Source: Vulcanisaeta distributa DSM 14429
GTDB lineage: Archaea > Thermoproteota > Thermoprotei > Thermoproteales > Thermocladiaceae
Direction: 5' to 3'
Length of the DNA stretch: 32,000 nucleotides
Assembly (NCBI RefSeq): GCF_000148385.1
Contig: NC_014537.1
Coordinates: forward strand, 630,001-662,000
This document shows, piece after piece, positions 11,074-19,213 of this stretch. The position numbers and the translations under genes are program-made. The number at the start of each line of letters is the position of its first letter. Position 1 is the stretch's first letter. The notes below the pieces were generated by a model that was not told the DNA's origin, did not search any database, and worked only from the letters and a program-made list of their open reading frames with translations.

Positions 11074-12195
11074 TTAGGCCATTGTCAGGGCTATGTACGT
11101 GACCACCAGCGGTACGGTGGCGTACATACCCGTGGTTACGGAGTCAAGCACATAACCACTCATGAAGCCCCCGATTATGACCGTGGGAAGCATAAACTGG
11201 AGCATGGCAACACCCCCAGGTACCTGGGCCGCTATTAACCTCGTTATTACGAGAATAACCTCCATCAGGGCTAGGGACACGATGATTGAGGCGTACCCAA
11301 TCCTCCTGGCTTCCATTACGGAATTCACCACGTGGGTTAGTGATGTTACGGCCACGTTAATCACGTCCGGCCTCCCCATGCCCGTGACCGCGACCACCCT
11401 GGCATACTCACTAATGAAGCCCTCAAGCCAATTCCTGGACCGGGCCTGATCAAGCCTTAGGGTGACCGCCGCCCTCATGACCCTATTAACCGCGGTGTGC
11501 CTCAACTCATTAATCGCCCTAACCCTCCCAACATACCAGTTGAGGCTTAGGCCTAGGAAGGCTGTGGAGAAGACTAACCAGGTGAGTGCTATTGACCTGG
11601 TGATTACGTAGATAGGCACAGACAACGCCAGCGCAATCCCCATGTACCTAGTCAATTCATTATCAATAGGGACAAGGCCCGGGTCAAGGTTCCAACCCAG
11701 CAATGCCGTTATTGGGGCGGCCGAGGCGTAGGTCATCACTAGGTATGTGGTTGGGTTCATGTTTAGGGCCCTACTCACGAGGACTATCGTCATGGGCACC
11801 ATGGCCAGCGTAATCACGGTGAGGGTGTCAAGTAGTATTACCAAGTCCCTGTAATCACCCCTCAACCTGCCCAGGTAATCATCGAGCTCCCTGAGTATGT
11901 AAAGAATTGCCGTGCCGGGTTCAATACCCAGTCTCTCGGCGTTGACCATAGCCTCGAGCATACTCCCGAGGCCTCCTACGTACTTCGTGATCGGCTCATT
12001 CATTGAAATCACGGCCCTAGCCATTAGCAATCGCCTAACTAGTGGGCGGTTAATGCTTAGCCTTTGGGCCTCGTTTATGAGCGTGTCCAGCACCCTACTC
12101 ACTGGCTGCGCCAGGAATAGTGGTGTTGCGAGCATCATGAGCAGTGCCTCCTCGAGCCTAGCCCTGAGCCAGGGCTTTATTGGGCCTGGACCCAT
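11074..12195 (-). CDS. Polytopic membrane protein, TadC/FlaJ/PilC (T2SS-F)-like pilus platform protein
   Basis: The layout is two repeats of a helical cytoplasmic segment followed by hydrophobic helices, as in GspF/TadC/FlaJ. It lies in a locus with the secretion ATPase and a pilin. The ORF is open to a TTG at 12213. The ATG at 12195 sits 25 nt from the shared TATA centre. The family call rests on topology and context only. Confidence 0.6.
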   Translation of the reverse strand: MGPGPIKPWLRARLEEALLMMLATPLFLAQPVSRVLDTLINEAQRLSINRPLVRRLLMARAVISMNEPITKYVGGLGSMLEAMVNAERLGIEPGTAILYILRELDDYLGRLRGDYRDLVILLDTLTVITLAMVPMTIVLVSRALNMNPTTYLVMTYASAAPITALLGWNLDPGLVPIDNELTRYMGIALALSVPIYVITRSIALTWLVFSTAFLGLSLNWYVGRVRAINELRHTAVNRVMRAAVTLRLDQARSRNWLEGFISEYARVVAVTGMGRPDVINVAVTSLTHVVNSVMEARRIGYASIIVSLALMEVILVITRLIAAQVPGGVAMLQFMLPTVIIGGFMSGYVLDSVTTGMYATVPLVVTYIALTMA

Positions 12196-12240
12196 GGGTT
12201 TATGTATGGGCAATACTTAAAAGGTGTATCCCCATGGGTT
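12191..12240. promoter_or_regulatory. Shared divergent promoter: central TATA-like TACTTAAAAGG flanked by two exact CCCATGGGTT copies 40 bp apart
   Basis: CCCATGGGTT occurs at 12191-12200 and 12231-12240, and CCCATGGG is itself a palindrome. The TATA-like box at 12214-12224 lies ~25 nt from both divergent ATGs (12195 minus, 12245 plus). Confidence 0.5.
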
Positions 12241-12244
12241 AATT

Positions 12245-12670
12245 ATGCGTAGTAGGGGTGAGTTATCGCCCTTGGTCTCCGTCATAATTGCGGCGGTACT
12301 CATAGTCGTTGGTGTGGCGCTAGTGATGATTTTCTACCACGGCGCAAAGGCAATGGGGCAGCACGCCCTTAGCGCCCCTAACGTTGAGGTCTCGGGCAGC
12401 ATGTCGGCGTCCACGGGCGTGGTGACGATAAACATCTATAACGCCGGCACAACGCAACTAACGATTAGTGGTGTTAAGGTGTATGGTCCTAGTGGCTCGA
12501 TACTCGATTGTTCTTGGAGCGGTGTTGGCGCCGTGGTGGCTGCTGGCGGTAGTTACGGGGTTGTTGGTCAGTGCACTGGTGTTGAGGCTGGCGTCACATA
12601 CACGGTGGTTATTACTTTGAATGGCACAGGTGGCTCATTGGCTGAGTCCCTTACCATAACCGCCTCGTGA
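12245..12670 (+). CDS. Archaeal type IV pilin-like protein (class III signal peptide)
   Basis: The N-terminus MRSRGELSPLVSVIIAAVLIVVGVALVMIF has a short basic leader, an R-G cleavage-type motif and a ~22-aa hydrophobic helix, as in archaeal DUF1628-type pilins. The rest is Gly/Ser/Thr/Val-rich and beta-strand-like. The ORF track starts at a GTG at 12224; the ATG at 12245 fits a leaderless start. Confidence 0.7.
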   Translation: MRSRGELSPLVSVIIAAVLIVVGVALVMIFYHGAKAMGQHALSAPNVEVSGSMSASTGVVTINIYNAGTTQLTISGVKVYGPSGSILDCSWSGVGAVVAAGGSYGVVGQCTGVEAGVTYTVVITLNGTGGSLAESLTITAS

Positions 12671-12763
12671 CACTTCACGCGTTTTAATGAATCAAAATAA
12701 TAATAAGTTGATATTAAATTTGCCCAGACCATTTAATAATTGGCTTGGTGGCATTACCGTGGG

Positions 12764-13060
12764 TTAGCCCTGTATTTTGTCTCGCCACTTGTTTATTAGT
12801 TCGTTTATTTTCCTTGCCATTTCTATGTCTAGTTGTGTGACTCCGCCTTCGTCGTGCGTGGTTAGTTTTAGTGTTAGGTGTTTCCAGGTTATTACCATGT
12901 CTGGGTGGTGCTCCTCCGCCTCGGCTATTTGGGCTAGTTGGTTTATGAAGGCTATGCAGTCCATGAATGCCTTGAACTCCAACTCCCTGACTACGTAGTT
13001 GCCCTCCAGTCTCCAGCCCTGTGGTAGGGACTTCATGACCTCCTCCCTGGTGAGTGGCAT
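12764..13060 (-). CDS. Pterin-4-alpha-carbinolamine dehydratase (PCD/DCoH family)
   Basis: The family signature AEEHHPDMVITWKHLTLKLTTHDEGGVT is present, and the size (98 aa) is typical. Confidence 0.85.
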   Translation of the reverse strand: MPLTREEVMKSLPQGWRLEGNYVVRELEFKAFMDCIAFINQLAQIAEAEEHHPDMVITWKHLTLKLTTHDEGGVTQLDIEMARKINELINKWRDKIQG

Positions 13061-13099
13061 GCGTATGTGGTTCGGCGCCGCCCTTTAATACCCGGCGCG

Positions 13100-13609
13100 T
13101 TAACCCGTTCGCTCACTACCGTGGGTCCTTTGCACCGCGTAGGTGTGCTCTGGGGCTTGGCCGAGCATCCTCATTGCGTGCCTGGTCAGTTCCTCAGTGC
13201 CTATGTTCCTTATTAGCCCCTCCACCACGTTGATCCAAGCGTTGAAGGATTCCTTGCTTGGCGTGCTGCAGGTTATTGAGCCTAGGCTCGGCACCTGTGC
13301 CTTGTATAACTCGGCGAGTTTCCCCGCCTCCCTTGGCACCAGTATTACTACGCTGGGTGTGTTGCAGCCTGGCGTTAGTACCGTCGCGTCGAAGTACTCC
13401 TCAAGCCCTGAATCCTCTATTATCCACAGCACCGCGTCTATGTTTAGGCTTGGCCGTAGGATTATCCAGGCAATGTCCGTGATCGGCCTCTCGAAGATTA
13501 GGTCAAAGCCCTTGAAGTTGCTTAACACCGTGCACCAGTAATTAACTATGTCCAGGCTATCCGTGTCTGGGCATGTTGGGTTATTGTCGCTGACCAATAC
13601 CCTGACCAT
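13100..13609 (-). CDS. Hypothetical protein (169 aa)
   Basis: This is a long ORF with ordinary amino-acid composition, co-directional with the PCD gene and 39 nt upstream of it. I recognised no motif. Confidence 0.5.
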   Translation of the reverse strand: MVRVLVSDNNPTCPDTDSLDIVNYWCTVLSNFKGFDLIFERPITDIAWIILRPSLNIDAVLWIIEDSGLEEYFDATVLTPGCNTPSVVILVPREAGKLAELYKAQVPSLGSITCSTPSKESFNAWINVVEGLIRNIGTEELTRHAMRMLGQAPEHTYAVQRTHGSERTG

Positions 13610-14009
13610 TACCGATCACCCACTTACCGAAGGCGCTGTTTTCCACGTTAATAACTCCATTGCCAATGCGATCCTTAATCCAATGGAGTGCATCATCAAT
13701 AATTAAGTCCCGAGTCATCAGCAAAACTATGTTCAGCTACTAAATAAAAGCATTTCGATGGTTAATGACGAGATTTTTAAATAACTTCGCCCATGAATAC
13801 CACCCCACCCAACAATGAACTAACTCACGTTGTTAGGTTAATGCTACCCAGGAGTGATTCTGCGATGCGGGCGGGGCCTTAAATAGTGCGTTGGTGCCAG
13901 GGATTTACCGCCACTTATTATGAAGAGAAACCACCAAGCAGAGGATCAACCGTCCTAATGATGGCTCAATAAGTACGTGGTTGATTTTGCTCAGTTCCTC
14001 ATTAGTGTA

Positions 14010-14483
14010 TTAATACGTTATTGTTATTTGGCCTGCTACCCCGTCGTATATTAGGAGGATGTTGCGTAGTATGTCGTGGCCTATCAACGCCCTGTATTGC
14101 TGTGCTGATAGGTCTACGGCTGCGACGGTCACGTTGTCAAGCACTATCCTAGCCCTCACGTCCGGTACGTTTGAGAATAGTATGAGCCTAACTAGGTACA
14201 GTGGGACTGTTACTTGACCGCTCGCCGTGGCTGAGTTAACCGTGCCATACGGTGGATAACCAAGTTGGTTCAGTACATTCTTGTCAATTGACGTGATTGA
14301 GGCGCCGGTATCAATCAACGCAATTACATTCCTAACGTTGTTTAGGGTTATACCCCTGCTTTGGGCGAAGCTCTGAACAACACCTGCTGGTTTTACGTCA
14401 ATCATTATTACGGGCCCATTTATCCTAAGGACATCGGCGGGCAAGGCGTTCGGTGATGCGTAGTTAATCCTAACTATGGGCAT
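14010..14483 (-). CDS. Retropepsin-like (clan AA) aspartic protease
   Basis: The catalytic motif ALIDTGAS is present, with the downstream LIGHDIL motif at the expected spacing. The ~150-aa single-lobe size implies a homodimeric retropepsin-type enzyme. Confidence 0.75.
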   Translation of the reverse strand: MPIVRINYASPNALPADVLRINGPVIMIDVKPAGVVQSFAQSRGITLNNVRNVIALIDTGASITSIDKNVLNQLGYPPYGTVNSATASGQVTVPLYLVRLILFSNVPDVRARIVLDNVTVAAVDLSAQQYRALIGHDILRNILLIYDGVAGQITITY

Positions 14484-14762
14484 TCACGGCACCTGGACTA
14501 TATCTAATCCGAGCGCGTGCGTTGGTGAGTAGTGCTGTGGTTGCTCCTCCTCAACCCTCTGAATTATGAAGTGCCCATTAATGCCAAACCTCTCAAGCGC
14601 GTGTTTATAGGCTTCCTCAAGACTATCAAACACACCCTGCACCTCGCCGTCTTTCACTACCACGTACTTACCCCTATACCTAACCAGCAACTCAGGCAAC
14701 TTAGCCTTAAAAGCCTCATACTCCCTAACAACCCAATCAGGCGCACTAACGAAGAAGGACAT
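14484..14762 (-). CDS. Small antitoxin-like protein (DUF5678-like K-Y-V-V-V/D-G-E-V pattern), coupled to the aspartic protease
   Basis: Its stop codon (14484-14486) directly abuts the protease ATG (14481-14483). The core GKYVVVKDGEVQGVFDSLEEAYKHALERFG resembles small archaeal antitoxin-like domains. The start is probably the ATG at 14762 (MSFFVSAPDW), with TTTATTAA ~25 nt upstream. The ORF is open to 14831. Confidence 0.55.
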   Translation of the reverse strand: MSFFVSAPDWVVREYEAFKAKLPELLVRYRGKYVVVKDGEVQGVFDSLEEAYKHALERFGINGHFIIQRVEEEQPQHYSPTHALGLDIVQVP

Positions 14763-15265
14763 AAAGACGATACCCTCAAAACTCCTTAATAAAGCCTGCC
14801 CATGCCCACCTGGACTGAGATGAGACCTCATTAATTAATTCATCGGTATAAGCATGGAATATTGAAAAAGAGGTTACCTCCTCACCTCTGAGTCTCCTGT
14901 TAACCCGCGGGCTAATGACGATTTTAATTTAATTTCGTTGAAAATACTAGGTAAGGACCTCATTAAGTGGTTAACAAGCCCCTGGAGTGTTGTTAAGGCA
15001 TGGAAGCCCCAAGAATTGACTACTGAGGCACGTCCCTTTAGGCCTGGGTGCATTGGGAATGGGTGGGGCAAGTGGACGGTGAGTAGCGAGGCGGTGTACG
15101 CCCCAATTATCATTGCCTTAACGTAGCATCGAGGTTATCACTAACCACGTGCCAGGTCTTCCCTCCAGTTACTTATGGATAGGCAGGTGCTTGGGTCTCC
15201 CGAGAGTTACTGACGTGGCGTGGGAACAAAGCCATAAGTTTTATTTGAGGAATTGATTGCAGGCA

Positions 15266-16378
15266 TCACTCCTCCGGTAGGAATCTCCTGATTATGGCGT
15301 AGTATAGGGTTACTGTGAATATTGCCGTGAACACAAGCGTTGATAGGAGCATTGTGTACATGGCGATTAGGGGTAGTGGTATGAGCGTGTTTAGTAATTG
15401 GGTTATTGGTATGCCTGAGCTACCACTTAGGAATAGGTATGGGTACCTGGAACCGTCGTTGACGTACTCCATGAGCACGAGTATTGCCTCGGCCAGGACA
15501 CCGGTGCTAATGACGGCGGGCCTAACGACCCTACCCCTCATCACGGTGTAGAAGGCGTATATGGCCGTGACCCCCAGGGCTATGGTTAGGGCTATGGCCG
15601 CGTAGAAGGCTGGGTAGAAGAGTGCCGTGCCTGGGTCATAACCCAGCAGTGGGCCTGCGATATTGCTTACTATGTATGGGTCGTACTTCTCAAGCACCGT
15701 GAAGTAATAAGCCCCCGCAATGGCCTGTGGCACGAGTAGGGCTAGGCCGGTCCCCAGGGCTATCCTCATGCCCTCAATGTTCATGTTCCTCCTGGTGGCC
15801 AGTACTGAGGCTGTTACGAAGGCCCCGATGTCCATGGCGCCAATGAGTGTGTGGGCTATGAGTGGTGGGTATACTGGGTTTGAGAAGGCGGTCAGTGGGT
15901 TGGTCATTGTGTACTGTGGGTAGTCGAGGCCCGCGAAGAGGTACCTGAAGCCCACTGGGACGAGGAGTACGGATATGGCGAGTGGTATGCCAATTAGGCT
16001 GTGAGTCCTTGGGTTGACCCTACCCCACAGGTGCCAGTAGATGGCTATGAGTGGTATACTCACTAGGATCCCCACGAGGGCTATGGCTATTGGGTAGAAG
16101 TAGACCTTCGTGAATATTGCGGTCATTGATGGGAAGAGCCCAGCCATGAAAACGGTCAGTATCGTGCCCCAGACACCGCCGAAGAGCTCCGTCACCACCA
16201 TGAGCCTGAACATGTCCCTGGCCACAGACTCGAGGCCTAGGTCCCTGTGTAGGTAGGCCAGGTACCTTGTCACCACCGTGAGTACCGTGGCCCCTATTAT
16301 CACGTTAACAAACACAAGGTGCATCTCAAGGGCGAAGCCCAGCACGGCGAAGGAGAGCAGGGCAAGGTAACTACTCAT
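15266..16378 (-). CDS. Cytochrome bd oxidase second subunit, CydA-like (CydA') rather than canonical CydB
   Basis: This polytopic membrane protein overlaps the cydA stop by 8 nt. Its N-terminal helices align by eye with CydA: EMHLVFVNVIIG against YLHAVFVSFTLG, and GGVWGTILTVF against GAVTGTIVEFG. Confidence 0.7.
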   Translation of the reverse strand: MSSYLALLSFAVLGFALEMHLVFVNVIIGATVLTVVTRYLAYLHRDLGLESVARDMFRLMVVTELFGGVWGTILTVFMAGLFPSMTAIFTKVYFYPIAIALVGILVSIPLIAIYWHLWGRVNPRTHSLIGIPLAISVLLVPVGFRYLFAGLDYPQYTMTNPLTAFSNPVYPPLIAHTLIGAMDIGAFVTASVLATRRNMNIEGMRIALGTGLALLVPQAIAGAYYFTVLEKYDPYIVSNIAGPLLGYDPGTALFYPAFYAAIALTIALGVTAIYAFYTVMRGRVVRPAVISTGVLAEAILVLMEYVNDGSRYPYLFLSGSSGIPITQLLNTLIPLPLIAMYTMLLSTLVFTAIFTVTLYYAIIRRFLPEE

Positions 16379-18029
16379 GACCACCCACCCCAGCCAACTC
16401 CCTAAACCTGTCCAGGAGGCTCGGCCTAGTGGCTACGTAGTACATCGCCAGGGCCCCCACGACAGCTATCGCAAGTAGTACGGCGACTACGAATGCCACG
16501 AAGCCCGGCGTTATTGCGTCGACCGTCACCACCTCGTTGGTGGTTATCAAACCATAGACCGTCCACGGCTGCCTACCAATCTCCCTAGCGGCCCACCCAG
16601 CCGTGGCTGCTACTGCAGATAGCACTGCCATCGCCGAGGCCAGGAAGGGCATTACATTGTCGGCGCCTATCAGGACGCCCAGTATTTCGTTATTTATGAA
16701 GTCAGTTATTGCCGATAGCACGGGTACCCTGACGAGGTACGTGAATAGGGCAAGCACCGCGGCCACTGCGAGTAGTATTCCGGCGCCAATCATTGTGTAG
16801 TAAAACGCGCTGACCAACGGCGCCAGGGGTTCCATGGAGAGTACCGCGGCCTCACAGTTCTGGGCTAGGGTCACGTTGGCCAGAGGACCGAGATAGCCCA
16901 GCATCCCTGGGTCAAGCTCGCTGTAAAGCTGGCCGAAGGTGGTGTTGCCCAGCGCCCTGCATTGGCTTAGGTAGTACTGGAACCCGTAGAGTGGGTGGTA
17001 TGGGTTTCCATAGGCGAACAGCGCCTCCACGGGGTCGTAGTACTCATACCCATAGACCCCTGAACCGCCCGTCAGTGTGGTTAATGCCGTGAACTTAAGC
17101 GGTTGGTACGCCACCACGTCATCGCCCATGAAGTGCCCCAGCACGATTGGCTCGATGAGGAGCACCACGGCGAGTATCCAGAGGAGGGGCTTTAGTAGCT
17201 TGATGTACTTATTGTCGTGGGTCCTGAAGAACCTAATCGATACGGCCAACGCCACAGCCCCAACGCCAATTGCGTAGGCCGCGAACAATGTGTGTAATGT
17301 GGTCACTATGGCGTCTGGGTTGACCATGGGCAACCATGGGTTCGTGAGGTACGTACCCACCAGCGAGGTGAAGTTCATGCTTGTCAGCGCCACGGAGCCT
17401 GAGCCATTGATTGCGTAGTGCAGGAGGAGCGCGGCTAGGTTTAGTGTTGCGGTTAGGTTTGCGGCGTCCGGACCATAACCCGGTAGGAATGGGTATAGCG
17501 CATGCGGTATCCCGCCCAATCCCCAGGGCGTGTTCATCCACGCGTTTGCCGTGAGTATGAAGTACCCGGATAGTGAGCCAAGGAGCCACGCAGTGATTAA
17601 TATGCCGAGTGTGTACCCCGCCCTCCACCTGCCTATGGCTATGATGAAGAGCACCACTAGGACTGCCTCGCCTATGAAGGCTATGGTGGCCTCATAGAGG
17701 AGTGGGATGAAGGCTGAGGAGGAGAAGAGTAGTATGCTCGTTGGCCATATGTCCAGTAGGCCGAACTCCACTATCGTGCCTGTGACGGCGCCGAGGGCGA
17801 AGTTCACGGCCCAGACCATGGTTAGTGTCTTGGAGTAGTTTAGGAATAGTGCGTCGCCGGTCCTATACCACTTAATGAGCCAGGCGAGTATGGCTAGTGG
17901 GAAGCCCAGTGTGAATGATACGAAGACCGCGTGCAGGTAAATGCCGAGTATCGTCATGACCATCGCGTTATTAACGTTGGCGCTATGCACATAAAGCTCA
18001 TTGAGTATGCCCAGGGTTGAAACGCCCAT
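16371..18029 (-). CDS. cydA: Cytochrome bd-type quinol oxidase subunit I (CydA)
   Basis: It has a conserved His in helix 1 (GIYLHAVFVSFTLGFPL), the motif AVNFALGAVTGTIVEFG, a long periplasmic Q-loop-like region, and C-terminal helices with GWAAREIGRQPW. The ORF track starts at a TTG at 18050; the first ATG is at 18029. Confidence 0.88.
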   Translation of the reverse strand: MGVSTLGILNELYVHSANVNNAMVMTILGIYLHAVFVSFTLGFPLAILAWLIKWYRTGDALFLNYSKTLTMVWAVNFALGAVTGTIVEFGLLDIWPTSILLFSSSAFIPLLYEATIAFIGEAVLVVLFIIAIGRWRAGYTLGILITAWLLGSLSGYFILTANAWMNTPWGLGGIPHALYPFLPGYGPDAANLTATLNLAALLLHYAINGSGSVALTSMNFTSLVGTYLTNPWLPMVNPDAIVTTLHTLFAAYAIGVGAVALAVSIRFFRTHDNKYIKLLKPLLWILAVVLLIEPIVLGHFMGDDVVAYQPLKFTALTTLTGGSGVYGYEYYDPVEALFAYGNPYHPLYGFQYYLSQCRALGNTTFGQLYSELDPGMLGYLGPLANVTLAQNCEAAVLSMEPLAPLVSAFYYTMIGAGILLAVAAVLALFTYLVRVPVLSAITDFINNEILGVLIGADNVMPFLASAMAVLSAVAATAGWAAREIGRQPWTVYGLITTNEVVTVDAITPGFVAFVVAVLLAIAVVGALAMYYVATRPSLLDRFRELAGVGGHE

Positions 18030-18209
18030 TTGGGTCGAGGTATTACCCAAGCCCCTAATTAAAAATGCTTAAGTGTCGTTTGGTCATTGTAATTGGCGAT
18101 TCCCAGTTAAATTCATTGGCGATGGGGCTTAGATTTATTTACTGTCCAGTAATATTCAACTGAATATTCCGTGTCACAACCCCAGCAAAAGTTTTTCTCT
18201 ACCTAGGCT

Positions 18210-19166
18210 ATGTATAGCCCCGTGAATTACTGGCTTGCCATTGTGAGGGAGAGGGTCTTCATGGGCATTATCGAGACAGGCCTATTTGGTTGCCGTGATC
18301 CGGAGTGCGGCCTCTTAATGATTAGGATTAAGCCCGGCACCCGCCTGGTGCTCTTTGTGAGTGGCTTTGGTTGTAAGTCCTACTGCAAGTCCTTCGTGGG
18401 TGTCTTCGAGGTTGTTGGTGATTGGGTTAAGGCCAATAGGAAGTTGAATGATTGGTCCTACGTTGTTGAGGTTAAGCCCGTTGTCCTCGGCAGGGTTGAG
18501 CTTGGTAGTGTTGCTGGTAAGCTATCGTTTACTAAGGGTAGGAGGAGCATTACTGAGGCTTTGCACTCAGTTGATCCATCGAACCCGAGGGCGATGCCCA
18601 TGCCCGTTGAGGATGCGGAGTTGATAATTAAGGAGTTGAGGAGTCAGTCAACGCCTAAGCCGGTGATTGAGGTTTTGGGGGCTTCTAAGGGCGGTGCTAG
18701 GGAGGTTGTTGGTGGGATTAGTTCGGCGGGTGCTGGGGCAGGTGCCGAGGCTCAGGGCGTTAGTGAGGTGGTGACGTTGTTGAGGGAGGCGGCTCAATTG
18801 TTTGGTTATTACCCGGTCAGTGATGTGGATGTTGGTGGGTATAGACTGGGGCTTGCCTGGTGGGGTAATGAGGATGAGTATAGGGATGGGTTGGCACCGT
18901 TGGCTGTGTTTGAGGTTGTTGATAACCCTGAGCAGGCGTTGGCGAGGCTTAAGCATGCGAGGGATAGGTGGAGGGGTGTTAGGCTGTACGCAGTTGTTAG
19001 GGATGAGGGTGTGAGGAGGGAGTTGGAGAGGGTGTTGAGGGGCTCATTCCATGAGCTTAGGAGGAAAGTTAGGGTGATAATGCTTGACGAGCTCAGGGGG
19101 CTCGTTCAGGACCTTAAGAGGCATGGTGAGTTGGTTAGGGAGTTCGTGATGCTTGATAAGGATTAG
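18210..19166 (+). CDS. EVE/PUA-like (COG1673-type) domain protein with Gly/Ala linker and uncharacterised C-terminal domain
   Basis: The N-terminus NYWLAIVRERVFMGIIETGLFGC...IKPGTRLVLFVS...FVGVFEVVG follows the archaeal EVE/PUA-like pattern (YW-hydrophobic, FG/WG, KPGD, FYV). A low-complexity linker (GGISSAGAGAGAEAQG) follows. The C-terminal ~130 aa has alternating E...D...E-V-V strands that vaguely resemble a restriction-endonuclease fold. Confidence 0.5.
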   Translation: MYSPVNYWLAIVRERVFMGIIETGLFGCRDPECGLLMIRIKPGTRLVLFVSGFGCKSYCKSFVGVFEVVGDWVKANRKLNDWSYVVEVKPVVLGRVELGSVAGKLSFTKGRRSITEALHSVDPSNPRAMPMPVEDAELIIKELRSQSTPKPVIEVLGASKGGAREVVGGISSAGAGAGAEAQGVSEVVTLLREAAQLFGYYPVSDVDVGGYRLGLAWWGNEDEYRDGLAPLAVFEVVDNPEQALARLKHARDRWRGVRLYAVVRDEGVRRELERVLRGSFHELRRKVRVIMLDELRGLVQDLKRHGELVREFVMLDKD

Positions 19167-19213
19167 GCATTATCATCTAAATAGCCTATTGTGGCCGCGG
19201 TAATGTTTATATA

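Noticed and set aside
13868-13912. Possible tRNA-derived att remnant (GCGGGGCC...TTGGTG...GGGATTT resembles parts of tRNA-Pro and its flank)
   Set aside because: Only short GC-rich matches of 6-8 nt with indels are shared, which is at chance level. There is no contiguous repeat of the tRNA 3' half, so it is not evidence for island boundaries.
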